NCBI GenBank assembly: GCA_963742735.1
Contig: CAVUMN010000001.1
Location: 128,001-192,000, forward strand
Length of the DNA: 64,000 nt
From: an uncultured Actinomycetes bacterium
GTDB lineage: Bacteria > Actinomycetota > UBA4738 > JBBDTT01
Direction: 5' to 3'
Shown here: positions 39,121-49,108 of the stretch, piece by piece
How positions within the stretch are numbered: the stretch's first letter is position 1
How the letters are laid out: each line of letters starts with the position of its first letter
Made by a program: the position numbers and the translations under genes
The notes under the pieces: generated by a model
What the model was told of the DNA's origin: nothing
The model's input: only the letters and a program-made list of their open reading frames with translations
The model's database searches: none

Positions 39121-39887
39121 CGGCGGACCACGACCATCGCCTGTCGTCCCGTGCGGCCGTCGCGCCGGAAGGAGAAGAACCGGTCCGTCTCGCACGCGGT
39201 GCACAGCGCCGACCGCTCGATGTCTCGAACCCCCCCGCCTCGGAGCGAGGCCTCCACCGTGGCGGGCAGATCCAGGTACCAGGCGCCGTCGCGCCGCTCG
39301 GCCGGGGCGGACGGCTCGGTGTCGCGCACGGCGCGGACCACCTCCTCCCCCACCTCGTAGTGGCACGGACCGATCGCGGGGCCGATCGCGGCGGCGACCC
39401 GGCGGGGCTCCGGGAACCACCCGAGGGCCGAGGCCACCATCCCCCCGGCGATCCCCTTCCAGCCGGCGTGGACCGCAGCCACGCGTTCGTCGTCGGCGAG
39501 CGCTAGGGGAACGCAGTCCGCGGTCAGGATCGCCAGGGGTACGTCCGGGGCGGTCGTGACCAGTGCGTCACACCCGGGGAGGCCGGGGCGTTTGCCGAAG
39601 CCGAGGCCGGCGCGGGTCGCGTCCACTCCCTCCACGACCGAGCCGTGAACCTGCTCGGCGGTGGCGAAGGGCGGGATACCGAGTGCCTCGACGACGAGCT
39701 CGCGGTTGCGCCGCACCGCGACGGGCAGGTCGCCCTCCTTGAAGCCCAGGTTCAACGAGCCGAACGGATCGCCGCTGACGCCACCGGTCCGCTCGGTGAA
39801 CGCGACGAGGACGTCCCGATGGTTGAGGGCCGAGGAGATGAGCCACGCGATCCCGTCGGGGGTGGTGCGTCGCTCGAGGTGATCCAT
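39117..39887 (-). CDS. pgeF: PgeF/YfiH purine nucleoside phosphorylase-like protein
   Basis: R.GGVS, SLNLG, QVHG, TADCVP, HAGWKG, GPAIGPCHYEVG, CT.C...FFS.RR. Confidence 0.93.
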   Translation of the reverse strand: MDHLERRTTPDGIAWLISSALNHRDVLVAFTERTGGVSGDPFGSLNLGFKEGDLPVAVRRNRELVVEALGIPPFATAEQVHGSVVEGVDATRAGLGFGKRPGLPGCDALVTTAPDVPLAILTADCVPLALADDERVAAVHAGWKGIAGGMVASALGWFPEPRRVAAAIGPAIGPCHYEVGEEVVRAVRDTEPSAPAERRDGAWYLDLPATVEASLRGGGVRDIERSALCTACETDRFFSFRRDGRTGRQAMVVVRR

Positions 39888-40005
39888 GGGGGGAGAGTAA
39901 GTGGGGACGGGGAGGACCCTGTCGCAAGGCGGGGGAAGGGCGCCTCGACGACCCTCCCCGCCCCCACGTCCTACGTCCCGGGTCGGGGGCCGGGACCGGC
40001 TTTCT

Positions 40006-41148
40006 TCAGCTCTTGAGGAAGTCGGGGATGTCCAGGTCCGACTCCGCGTCGAACGTGACGGTGGCCGGGGACCGGAACAGGTCCTCGTCCTCCTCATCGT
40101 CCGACAGGATCGACGGACCGAGGTCGTCCTCGTCCTCCTCCGGCTCACGACGAGAGACCGGCGACTCCAGGAGCCGGCCGATCCGAGAGTCGGCGACGCC
40201 GCCGAGCTTGTCGAAGCCCGCGGCGATCACCGTCACCCGGACGTCTTCGCTCATCGTGTCGTCGATCACCGCGCCGAAGATGATGTTCGCGTCGGGGTGC
40301 GCCACCCGGGTGATCGCTTCGGCCGCGCGGTTGACCTCGTGCAGGGCGAGGTCCGAGGGGCCGGAGATCGACAGCAGGACGCCCTTGGCACCCTCGATCG
40401 ACGCCTCGAGCAGCGGCGAGGAGATCGCCGCGCGCGCGGCGTCCTCCGCCCGGTTCTCGCCGGAGCCGTGTCCGATGCCCATCAGGGCCGAGCCGGCCCC
40501 CGTCATCACGGCCTTCACGTCGGCGAAGTCCAGATTGATGAGTCCGGGCGTCATGATCAGTCCCGTGATCCCGTCCACGCCCTGGTAGAGGACCTGGTCG
40601 GCCATACGGAACGCATCGATCATCGGCGTCTCGGGATCCGAGACCTGCAGCAGGCGATCGTTCGGCACGATGATGAGGGTGTCGACGGCCTTCTTCAGCT
40701 CGGCGATCCCCATGTCGGCCTGCGTCGCCCGCTTGCGTCCCTCGAAGGCGAACGGCCGCGTGACGACGCCGATGGTCAGGGCACCGATCTCCTTGGAGAT
40801 CTCCGCGACCACCGGCGCGCCGCCGGTTCCCGTCCCACCGCCGGCACCGGCGGTGATGAACACCATGTCCGCACCCTTGAGGATCTCCTCGATCTCGGTG
40901 CGGTGTTCCTCCGCCGCGCGGCGTCCGATCTCGGGGTCCGAACCCGAGCCGAGACCGCGGGTCGTCTCACGGCCGATGTCCAGCTTCACGTCGGCCTCGG
41001 ACATCAGCAGCGCCTGGGCGTCGGTGTTGATCGCGATGAACTCCACGCCCTTGAGCCCGGCCTCGATCATCCGGTTCACGGCGTTGACTCCGCCACCACC
41101 GATGCCGACGACCTTGATGACCGCCAGGTAGTTCTGAGGTCCCTGCAT
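40006..41148 (-). CDS. ftsZ: Cell division protein FtsZ
   Basis: [29 protein letters not shown]-terminal LDIPDFLK. Confidence 0.99.
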   Translation of the reverse strand: MQGPQNYLAVIKVVGIGGGGVNAVNRMIEAGLKGVEFIAINTDAQALLMSEADVKLDIGRETTRGLGSGSDPEIGRRAAEEHRTEIEEILKGADMVFITAGAGGGTGTGGAPVVAEISKEIGALTIGVVTRPFAFEGRKRATQADMGIAELKKAVDTLIIVPNDRLLQVSDPETPMIDAFRMADQVLYQGVDGITGLIMTPGLINLDFADVKAVMTGAGSALMGIGHGSGENRAEDAARAAISSPLLEASIEGAKGVLLSISGPSDLALHEVNRAAEAITRVAHPDANIIFGAVIDDTMSEDVRVTVIAAGFDKLGGVADSRIGRLLESPVSRREPEEDEDDLGPSILSDDEEDEDLFRSPATVTFDAESDLDIPDFLKS

Positions 41149-41218
41149 GGCTCGCCTCCACGTCCTTCGGGGGGACCGATTTCGGCCTCTGACCTGCGGC
41201 GATGCTGCTGCCGTGGTC

Positions 41219-41304
41219 AACTGTCAAGGTCTAGTTTACCTTGACTGTTATGTAAACCTATACTGCAAGGCGAGGACCATACACGATGGAACCGAGGGGG
41301 TCAA
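41219..41304 (-). promoter_or_regulatory. ftsZ promoter with downstream palindromic operator
   Basis: TTGACC (41304-41299), 17 nt, TATGGT (41281-41276); palindrome AACTGTCAAGGT-N7-ACCTTGACTGTT (41219-41249). Confidence 0.6.
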
Positions 41305-41337
41305 CCCCTTTTGGCGAGCTTTGCGGACCCGGGCCGC

Positions 41338-42063
41338 TTACGCCGGTGATACCTGCGGGCCGAGTCGAAGCGCGGGGGCCTGCGGCACGCGAACATCGAT
41401 CAGCCGCACCGCCCTCCCCTCCCCCCGGGCCCACGAAAGCAGGGCCAGGATCGACGCGTTCTTCTGCGAACGCTCCCGCCCGGAGCCGTAGAGGATCCGA
41501 GTCCCGGAGGCCAGGCCGAGCTCGACCGCCTGCGCGTCCTCCCGGGCGTCCACGATCGTCAGGCGGCGGGGCAACGACGCGATCACCGAGACGACCGCGG
41601 CGGCCCGCTCGACACGTACCCCCGGCGCGGGGAGTGACCCGCCGATCCGCATGTCGAGGACCGGCAACGAGGGCCGATCCCGGCCCGTGGCCAGTACGAC
41701 CGCGTCGCCCGCGAGGGTCACCCACCGTCCGGCCACCCGAACCGTCGCCACCGCCGAACGCTCCTCGATCGTGATCGACACCGAGTCGGGAAGGTCTCGG
41801 CCGACGCGGGCGTCGGCGACCCACGGGCTCGCTTCGAGCCGTCGCGCGATCTCGTCCGGCGACATGCGGACGACGTTCGTCGTCGCGGCGATCCCGGCCA
41901 TCGAGAGGACCGCGTCCCGGGACAGGCGGTGGTTCCCCTGCACCCGGACGTCGTGCGCGTGAAAGACCGGGGTGTTCACCGCGCCCCAGGCCGCGGACGC
42001 GATACCCACGAGTGCCGCCGCTGTGACGGCCGCGACGCGGGCGCCCTCAGCCGGTCGTCGCAT
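41338..42063 (-). CDS. ftsQ: Cell division protein FtsQ/DivIB
   Basis: One TM, POTRA domain (VQGN..LS...PWVADARV.R.LPD.V.I.I.ER), IDVRVP; position before ftsZ. Confidence 0.88.
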   Translation of the reverse strand: MRRPAEGARVAAVTAAALVGIASAAWGAVNTPVFHAHDVRVQGNHRLSRDAVLSMAGIAATTNVVRMSPDEIARRLEASPWVADARVGRDLPDSVSITIEERSAVATVRVAGRWVTLAGDAVVLATGRDRPSLPVLDMRIGGSLPAPGVRVERAAAVVSVIASLPRRLTIVDAREDAQAVELGLASGTRILYGSGRERSQKNASILALLSWARGEGRAVRLIDVRVPQAPALRLGPQVSPA

Positions 42064-42982
42064 CCTGGAACTCCCCAACGAAGCGCACCTCCGTCTCGAG
42101 CGCGACGCCGAACGAATCGGCAACGCGCGCCTGTATCTGTTGGATCAGCTCCGCGACGTCCCCGGCGCGCGCGCCGCGATCCGCCACGATGAAGTTCGCG
42201 TGTTTCGTCGACACCTCGACACCACCGACCCGCAGGCCCTTGGCGCCGATGGCCTCGACGAGGCGCGCGGCGTGGTCGCCCGGAGGATTCTTGAAGACGC
42301 TCCCGCAGTTGGGCTGGGCGAGCGGTTGCGTCCGCCGGCGCCATTCGCGAGCCTCGTCCATCAGCTCCCGGATCCGCTCGGGCTCGCCGGGCGCCAGCCG
42401 AACGCGCGCCCCGACCACCACGCTCTCATCCCCCAGCGCCGAGGTCCGGTACTCGAAGCGGGCCTCCTCGGCCGGGATCCACCGGCGCGCGCCCTCCGGC
42501 AGCGAGAACACCTCCATCGCCGCCAGCACGTCGGAGATCGAGCGATCGTGGGCGCCGGCGTTCATGCGAACCGCCCCACCCAGCGTGGCCGGGATGGCCA
42601 CCCCGAACTCGAGCCCGGCGAGGTGATGGAGCAGGGCGACGCCGGAGAGCGCGGGAAGGGGCATCGCCCCGCCCGCGGTCAGCTCGCTCCCCTGCCGGGC
42701 CGCCCAGCGGAACGGCTTGCCGAGCCTGAGCACGATCCCGGAGAAGCCGGTGTCCGAGACGAGGACGTTGGAGCCCTTGCCCAGGACGAGCACCGGCAGC
42801 TCGGCCGTGGCCGAGGCCTGGCCCGCGGCGACGAGGTCGTCGTCCGACTCCACCTCGAGATACAGGGCGGCCGGTCCGCCGATGCGGAAGGTGGTCAGCG
42901 GCGCCAGGGGGAACCGGCTCCGGACTCGCTCTCCAGACGCGGCACGCAGGATCTCCTCCGCCTTCCGAACGTCCCCGGTCAT
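42047..42982 (-). CDS. murB: UDP-N-acetylenolpyruvoylglucosamine reductase
   Basis: TTFRIGGPA, GKGSNVL, MNAGA, GSVFKNP, KHANFI. Confidence 0.96.
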   Translation of the reverse strand: MTGDVRKAEEILRAASGERVRSRFPLAPLTTFRIGGPAALYLEVESDDDLVAAGQASATAELPVLVLGKGSNVLVSDTGFSGIVLRLGKPFRWAARQGSELTAGGAMPLPALSGVALLHHLAGLEFGVAIPATLGGAVRMNAGAHDRSISDVLAAMEVFSLPEGARRWIPAEEARFEYRTSALGDESVVVGARVRLAPGEPERIRELMDEAREWRRRTQPLAQPNCGSVFKNPPGDHAARLVEAIGAKGLRVGGVEVSTKHANFIVADRGARAGDVAELIQQIQARVADSFGVALETEVRFVGEFQDATTG

Positions 42983-44400
42983 GCCGCCTCCTCGGTCAGA
43001 CGCTGGATCTCGTCGGCGAGCATGGTGATGTCCCCGGCCCCAAGCGTGAGGACCAGGTCGCCGGGGCGGACGATCCGGGCCACGTATCGGGCGATCTCCG
43101 AGCGCCGCGGAAGGTAGGCCGCACGGGCCTCCGGCCGGCGCTCGAGCAGCGCGTCCACCAGGAGCTTGCCGGTGACTCCCGGGATCGGAGGCTCCCCGGC
43201 GCCGTACACGTCGGTGACGACCACCACGTCGGCGGCCTCCAGGCTCTCGCCGAGCGCGCGCCACATGGCGGCCGTCCGGGTGTACCGGTGCGGCTGGAAC
43301 ACGGCGATGACCCGGCCCGGCTCCAGGCTCCGCGCGGCCGCGAGGGTGGCGGCGATCTCCGACGGGTGGTGCGCGTAGTCGTCGACGAAGGCGGCGCCGC
43401 CCGCGATCCCCCGTTGCTCGAACCTCCGCCGGACGCCGGTGAAACCCTCCAACGCCGCGGCGGCGACGGCCGGGTCGAGACCCACCTCGCGCGCGGCGAG
43501 GACGACCGCGGCGGCGTTCAACAGGTTGTGCCGCCCCGGAACCGAGAGGCGCAGCGGAACCGTCAGTCCGTCGACCGTCAGGGACCCCGCGGCGCCTCCG
43601 TCCTGCGCCTCCCCTCCCGTGATCACGGCGTCGTTGTTCGCCTCGAACCCGTAGGTCACCAGGCGCGCGGCACGGCCGGAGCTCACGCGCCTCGCTCCGG
43701 GGTCGTCCCCGCAGGCCACCACGGCGTCACACCGCTCGCAGAACGCCCGGAACGCCGCCTCGATCTCCTCGGCTCCCGAGTAGAAGTCCAGGTGGTCCTC
43801 CTCGACGTTGGTCACGATGCCGACCGCCGGGGACAGCAGCAGGAAGGAGCCGTCGCTCTCGTCGGCCTCCGCGATCGCGACGTCGCCACGGCCCGCGCGC
43901 GCGTTCGAGCCGCTCTCGTTCAGCTCTCCGCCGATGACGTAGGTCGGATCCAGGCCGGCGGCCTCCAGGACCACGGCCCCGATCGAGGTGGTCGTCGTCT
44001 TGCCGTGGGTTCCCGCGACCGCGATGGTTCGGAACCCTCCCAGGAGGGCCGCCAGCGCCTGCGCCCGCATGTACACGGGAAGTCGCCGATCCTGGGCCGC
44101 CCGCAGCTCGAGGTTGGTCGGGGGGATCGCCGAGGAGATCACGACGACGTCGGGCTCCCCCACGTTCGCGGCGTCGTGCCCGACGGCGATCGTGGCGCCG
44201 AGCGCTCGCAGCGCCTCGAGCCCGTGCGAGTCCTTCAGGTCGGACCCGCTCACCTCGACATCGCGGGCCAGGAACAGCCGGGCGATCCCGCTCATGCCCG
44301 CGCCGCCGACGCCCACCAGGTGGGCACGACGCACGCCTGCCAGGTCCGGCACCGAGAGGGTGGGGATGGTGCCCGGCCGCGGCTCGTACCGGGCGGTCAT
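42979..44400 (-). CDS. murC: UDP-N-acetylmuramate-L-alanine ligase
   Basis: GVGGAGMSG, GTHGKTTTT, EADESDGS, DDYAHHP, FQPHRYTRT. Confidence 0.97.
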   Translation of the reverse strand: MTARYEPRPGTIPTLSVPDLAGVRRAHLVGVGGAGMSGIARLFLARDVEVSGSDLKDSHGLEALRALGATIAVGHDAANVGEPDVVVISSAIPPTNLELRAAQDRRLPVYMRAQALAALLGGFRTIAVAGTHGKTTTTSIGAVVLEAAGLDPTYVIGGELNESGSNARAGRGDVAIAEADESDGSFLLLSPAVGIVTNVEEDHLDFYSGAEEIEAAFRAFCERCDAVVACGDDPGARRVSSGRAARLVTYGFEANNDAVITGGEAQDGGAAGSLTVDGLTVPLRLSVPGRHNLLNAAAVVLAAREVGLDPAVAAAALEGFTGVRRRFEQRGIAGGAAFVDDYAHHPSEIAATLAAARSLEPGRVIAVFQPHRYTRTAAMWRALGESLEAADVVVVTDVYGAGEPPIPGVTGKLLVDALLERRPEARAAYLPRRSEIARYVARIVRPGDLVLTLGAGDITMLADEIQRLTEEAA

Positions 44401-45506
44401 CCGGCCACCTCCAGCACGAGGTCGGCGAGCCGCTCGGCGGCGTCTGGGCGGCCGAACCTCTGTGACGCGTCGGCCATGGCGTGCAGCCGCTCGTCGAACC
44501 CGATGAGGTCCTCGATGCGCGCGGCCAGCGTGTCCGCGGTGACCTGGTCGTCGAGCAGCACGCTCGCGCCGCCGGCGCGCTGAAGCGCCCGCGCGTTCGC
44601 CTCCTGATGACGGCCGGTCGCGTACGGATACGGCACCAGCACCGCCGGAAGGCCGCACACCGTGAGCTCCGCGATGGTCGTCGCGCCCGCGCGGCTGACC
44701 ACCAGGTCCGCGGCGGCGTACGCCAGCTCCATCCGCTCCAGGAAGGGCACGGTCCGTACGATGAGCTTGCCGTCCTGGGGCACGGCCTGAGAGATCGCCT
44801 CGTGGTGCGCGGGGCCCGTGAGGATCACGAGCTGCAGGTCGTCGCGGTTGCCGAGGAGCCTGGCGGCGCCGGCCGCCGCCTGGTTCAGGTGCAGCGCTCC
44901 CTGGCTGCCCCCGAACAGGACCACGGTTCGGCGCTCGTCCGCGAGGCCGAGCTCGACCCGGGCCTCGGCGAGCAGGGCGTCGCGGTTCGGGACCACGGTG
45001 CGGATCACCTCGCGGACCGGGTTGCCCGTCACCACCATGCGGCGCCGGCGAGGGAACCACCGCCTGGACTCCGCGAACGACACCGCGATCGCCGCGGCCA
45101 CGCGACCTCCCACCCGGTTGGCCAACCCCGTCACGGCGTTCTGCTCGTGGACGACCACCGGCCGGTGCTCTCGGCGCGCCGCCAGGACGGCGGGGACGCT
45201 GGCGTAGCCGCCCATCCCGAGGACCACGTCGGACTCGCGGACCAGCTCTCGGCACGTTCCGAAGGCACGGGCCACCGCGATCGGCGCCTCCAGCGCGCGG
45301 AGGGAGAGCGCCCGCACGAAGGGTCGCGAGGCCACGGTGACGAGTGGGTAGCCGGCGGCCGGCACGAGCCGCACCTCCTGGCCGCGGTCGGTTCCGAGGA
45401 ACCGCACCTCGTGACCGCGTTCGCGAAGCACGTTCGCCGCGGCAAGCCCGGGAAACACGTGACCGGCCGTTCCTCCGCCCGCCACGAGGATCCGGCGGCC
45501 GCTCAT
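44397..45506 (-). CDS. murG: Undecaprenyl-PP-MurNAc-pentapeptide GlcNAc transferase
   Basis: GGGTAGH, GGYAS, HEQN, GGSQGA, SRAGATT, HQEANA. Confidence 0.97.
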   Translation of the reverse strand: MSGRRILVAGGGTAGHVFPGLAAANVLRERGHEVRFLGTDRGQEVRLVPAAGYPLVTVASRPFVRALSLRALEAPIAVARAFGTCRELVRESDVVLGMGGYASVPAVLAARREHRPVVVHEQNAVTGLANRVGGRVAAAIAVSFAESRRWFPRRRRMVVTGNPVREVIRTVVPNRDALLAEARVELGLADERRTVVLFGGSQGALHLNQAAAGAARLLGNRDDLQLVILTGPAHHEAISQAVPQDGKLIVRTVPFLERMELAYAAADLVVSRAGATTIAELTVCGLPAVLVPYPYATGRHQEANARALQRAGGASVLLDDQVTADTLAARIEDLIGFDERLHAMADASQRFGRPDAAERLADLVLEVAG

Positions 45507-46735
45507 CGCCGGGCCCGTTCCGCGCGCGCACCCTCCCGGCCGATGTGCACCAGGACGCCGACCGCGGCGAGGCAGATCACGAGCGAGGACCCTCCGAACG
45601 AGACGAAGGGGAGCGGCACGCCGGTGATCGGCAACACCCCGGTCACGGCGCCGAGATTCAGCAGTGTCTGGAATCCCAGCCAGGCGACGATGCCCGCGGC
45701 GAACAGACGCGCGAACCGATCCCTGGCGCGAATGGCGATCCGCACGCCCGCGAACAGGAACGCCCCGAACGCGAGGAGCAACAGCAGGTTGCCCACGAAG
45801 CCGAGCTCCTCCCCGATGATCGAGAAGATGAAGTCGGTGTGCGCGTTGGGAACGTAGGACCACTTCTGGCGGCTGGCGCCGAGGCCAACCCCCAGCCAGG
45901 ACCCGGAGGCGAGCCCGATCAGCGACTGGACGATCTGGAACCCCTTGTTCAGCGAGTCCTCGAACGGATGCAGGAACGCGAAGAACCGCACCTTGCGGTA
46001 CTCCGAGGACATGATCAGCACGGAGCCGAGGAGCAGGCTCATCCCGCCGGCCATCGCCAGGTGCCGGAGACGGACGCCGGCCGCGAACAGCATCAGGAAC
46101 ACCGTGGCCGCCAGGACGATGGTCGTTCCCAGGTCGGGCTGGAGCAGGACCAACCCGCAGACCACCGCCACGATCGGCAGGAGCGGGAGCGCGACCTGAA
46201 CGGGATCGTTCAGCAGCTTCCACTTGCGAGCCAGCACCGTCGCGGTGAGCGCCACCACCGCGAGCTTCGCCATCTCTGAGGGCTGGACCGTGAACCCGCC
46301 GATCGCGATCCATCGGGCGGAGCCGCCGGCGATGGTCCCGACGCCCGGCAGAAGCACCAGGACCAGGAACACCGCGGAGACCGCCGTGAACGGCAGCGCC
46401 AGGCGCTGCCATGCCTGGAGCCGCATGCGCGACGTGACCAGCATCGCCAGCGAACCGAGCACCGCGTAGATCAGCTGGCGCTTGAAGAAGGTGAAGCTCG
46501 AGCCCGTCTCCTCGAACGCCGAGACCGAGCTCGCGGAGAGCACCATGATCAGGCCCGCGGCGACCAGGAAGAACGTCGCGATCAGCAGGACGCCCACGGA
46601 ACGGTCCCGCCGGACGTCGGCGGCGCGCCGCTGCCGGCGCAGCTCGCGGCGGGACGGGCGATCCTGCGGGCCGAGCACGCGCAGGGCCGGACGCCTCGAC
46701 TGGGGTCGCGTCCTTGGCCGGGGCTCAGCTTGCAT
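45503..46735 (-). CDS. ftsW: SEDS peptidoglycan polymerase FtsW
   Basis: MVLSAS, QPSEMAK, QPDLGT, HTDFIFSIIGEELG, GVPLPFVSFGGSS. Confidence 0.96.
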   Translation of the reverse strand: MQAEPRPRTRPQSRRPALRVLGPQDRPSRRELRRQRRAADVRRDRSVGVLLIATFFLVAAGLIMVLSASSVSAFEETGSSFTFFKRQLIYAVLGSLAMLVTSRMRLQAWQRLALPFTAVSAVFLVLVLLPGVGTIAGGSARWIAIGGFTVQPSEMAKLAVVALTATVLARKWKLLNDPVQVALPLLPIVAVVCGLVLLQPDLGTTIVLAATVFLMLFAAGVRLRHLAMAGGMSLLLGSVLIMSSEYRKVRFFAFLHPFEDSLNKGFQIVQSLIGLASGSWLGVGLGASRQKWSYVPNAHTDFIFSIIGEELGFVGNLLLLLAFGAFLFAGVRIAIRARDRFARLFAAGIVAWLGFQTLLNLGAVTGVLPITGVPLPFVSFGGSSLVICLAAVGVLVHIGREGARAERARR

Positions 46736-48071
46736 GGGTGGGGCTCCCCTCGATATGGCGCATCACGGCGTTCGTGAAGCGCTCGCCGCGTTCGGCGTAG
46801 TCGCGGAACATGTCCTGGCTCGCGCACGCCGGCGCGAGCACCACCCAGCCACCCTCGGACGCCAGACGGGCGGCGCGCTCCACGGCGTCCTCCATCGAGC
46901 TCGAACGCTCGGTGGGTACCAGTCCGTCGAACAGGGACTCGAGCTCCCCCGCGGCCTCGCCGATGGTTACGACCGCGGTCAGGGACGGGGCCAGGCGCGC
47001 GAGCGGCGAGAGATCCACGCCCTTGCTGCGGCCTCCCGCGATGAGCACGACGTCTCGCAGCCCCTCGACCGCCGCCAGCGTGGCGTGCGGGTTGGTGGCC
47101 TTCGAGTCGTCCACGTAGCGAACGCCGCTCGACTCGGCAACGACGCCCCCCCGGTGGGCGAGCGGGGCGAAGGCGCACACGGCCTCGCCCGCAGCCTGCG
47201 GATCGATCCCGAAGCCGATGGCCGTCGCGGTCGCCGCGGCGGCGTCCGCCCGATGCGACGCGCTGTCGTGGACGGGGACGCCGAGCCGGATCTCTCCATC
47301 GAGACGCGACACGAGGGTCTCCCCCACGTAGCCCACCTGACCCTCGCCGGGCTCGGCCAGGGTGAACCACACCACCCGGCACGAGGCCCCACGGGAGAGC
47401 TCCGCGGCTCGGGCATCGTCGCGATTCCCCACGTGCACGTCGTCGCCCGACTGGTTCTCGAAGAGCCGTCCCTTCGCCTCGACGTAGGCGCCGACGCTGC
47501 CGTGCCAGTCCAGGTGATCGGGGGCGAGGTTCAGGAGCACCGAGGCGCGCGGGTGGAAGGTCTCGTGAAATCGAAGCTGGAACGAGGACACCTCGACGGC
47601 CAGCGCGTGATGCGACTCCCGCGCGGCAAGCGAGAACGGATACCCCACGTTCCCGCAGGCGAGCGCGTCGAGCCCGGCCTCGCGCATGGCCGCCGCGAGC
47701 ATCTCGGTCGTCGTCGTCTTGCCGTTGGTGCCGGTGACGGCGGCATAGGGGGCGATCGCCAGGCGCGCCCCGAGCTCCAGCTCGCTCCAGATCGGCACGT
47801 TGGCCTTTCGCGCCCACCCCAGGACCTCGGCGCCCTCCGGCACTCCCGGACTGGTCACCACGAGTGTCGCACCGTCGAGCTGCGCGGGCGTGTGGCCGCC
47901 GGTCGTCACCACGACGCCGAGGCGGGCGAGGTCCGGCGGTGCCACGACGTCCGCCCGGGCCTCGGTCACCAGGACGCGGGCCCCCTCCTCGGCCAGGACC
48001 CGGGCCGCCGCGGCGCCGGCCACGCCGAGACCGATCACCACGGCGCGCTCGCCCGCGAAGCGTCCGCTCAT
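46725..48071 (-). CDS. murD: UDP-MurNAc-L-Ala-D-Glu ligase
   Basis: SPGVP, TGTNGKTTT, GNVG, EVSSFQL, DHLDWH, DDSKATN, PACASQDMF. Confidence 0.97.
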   Translation of the reverse strand: MSGRFAGERAVVIGLGVAGAAAARVLAEEGARVLVTEARADVVAPPDLARLGVVVTTGGHTPAQLDGATLVVTSPGVPEGAEVLGWARKANVPIWSELELGARLAIAPYAAVTGTNGKTTTTEMLAAAMREAGLDALACGNVGYPFSLAARESHHALAVEVSSFQLRFHETFHPRASVLLNLAPDHLDWHGSVGAYVEAKGRLFENQSGDDVHVGNRDDARAAELSRGASCRVVWFTLAEPGEGQVGYVGETLVSRLDGEIRLGVPVHDSASHRADAAAATATAIGFGIDPQAAGEAVCAFAPLAHRGGVVAESSGVRYVDDSKATNPHATLAAVEGLRDVVLIAGGRSKGVDLSPLARLAPSLTAVVTIGEAAGELESLFDGLVPTERSSSMEDAVERAARLASEGGWVVLAPACASQDMFRDYAERGERFTNAVMRHIEGSPTHAS

Positions 48072-49108
48072 CTCGTCCCCGCCAGGAACTCCGCGTAGAA
48101 CAGCCCCAGCCCCAGCGCGACGGACAGCCCGCACACGATCCAGAACCGCACGATCACCGTGAACTCCGGCCATCCCGACAGCTCGAAGTGGTGATGGATC
48201 GGGGCCATCTTGAACACGCGCCGGTGAAACACCCGGAACGAGACCACCTGGAGCACGACCGAGGTGGTCTCCAGGACGAACAGGCCGCCGATGATGATCA
48301 GCAGGAGGTGCGTGTTGGTGAGGATGGCCATGGCGGCGAGCAGGCCGCCCAGCGCCAGCGACCCGGTGTCGCCCATGAAGATCTTCGCGGGGGCCGCGTT
48401 CCACCACAGGAAGCCCGCGATCCCGCCGAGCGCGCAGGCCGCGACCACGGCGAGCTCCAGCCCCTCCTGCACGTCGTAGAAGCTCGAGTTGCGCGCCTGC
48501 CAGAAGGCGATCACCACGTAGGCCGCCATCACGAGGGCCATCGAGCCCGAGGCGAGCCCGTCCAGGCCGTCGGTGAGGTTCACCCCGTTCGCCGAGGCGG
48601 ACATGATGATCAGGACCCACACGTAGAAGAAGACGCCGAGGTCGAGCCCGGACTCGCGGATGAACGAGAGGAACGTGGAGGCGCCGGCGAAGTGCACCGC
48701 GGCGAATCCGAACCCCACCGCGACGGTGGCCTGTCCGAGGATCTTCGCGGTCTTGTTCAGCCCCAGGGAACGCCGCCGCCGGATCTTGATCTGATCGTCG
48801 ATGAAGCCGACGAGTCCCATCCCCACGGTGGCCCCGAGGACCGAGAGGGCCGTCGGAGAGACACGGCTCGTCGTCGCCAGCCGGGACACGAAGTAGGCGA
48901 TGACCATCGCCCCGATGAACACGACGCCGCCGCACGTGGGCGTGCCCATCTTCTCCAGGTGCGCGTGATGCGCCTGCGGGTGGTCGCCGGCCCAGTCCTC
49001 GCGGATGTGCTGTCCCCACTCCCACGTTCGGAACAACCGGATCGCCAGCGGCGTGCCGAGGATCGAAAGGAGGAACGCCACCCCCGCGGCGACGAGGATG
49101 GCCCTCAC
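48068..49108 (-). CDS. mraY: Phospho-N-acetylmuramoyl-pentapeptide transferase
   Basis: K.GTPT.GG, GFIDD, NLTDGLDGL, FMGDTGS, MAPIHHHFE. Confidence 0.97.
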   Translation of the reverse strand: MRAILVAAGVAFLLSILGTPLAIRLFRTWEWGQHIREDWAGDHPQAHHAHLEKMGTPTCGGVVFIGAMVIAYFVSRLATTSRVSPTALSVLGATVGMGLVGFIDDQIKIRRRRSLGLNKTAKILGQATVAVGFGFAAVHFAGASTFLSFIRESGLDLGVFFYVWVLIIMSASANGVNLTDGLDGLASGSMALVMAAYVVIAFWQARNSSFYDVQEGLELAVVAACALGGIAGFLWWNAAPAKIFMGDTGSLALGGLLAAMAILTNTHLLLIIIGGLFVLETTSVVLQVVSFRVFHRRVFKMAPIHHHFELSGWPEFTVIVRFWIVCGLSVALGLGLFYAEFLAGTR

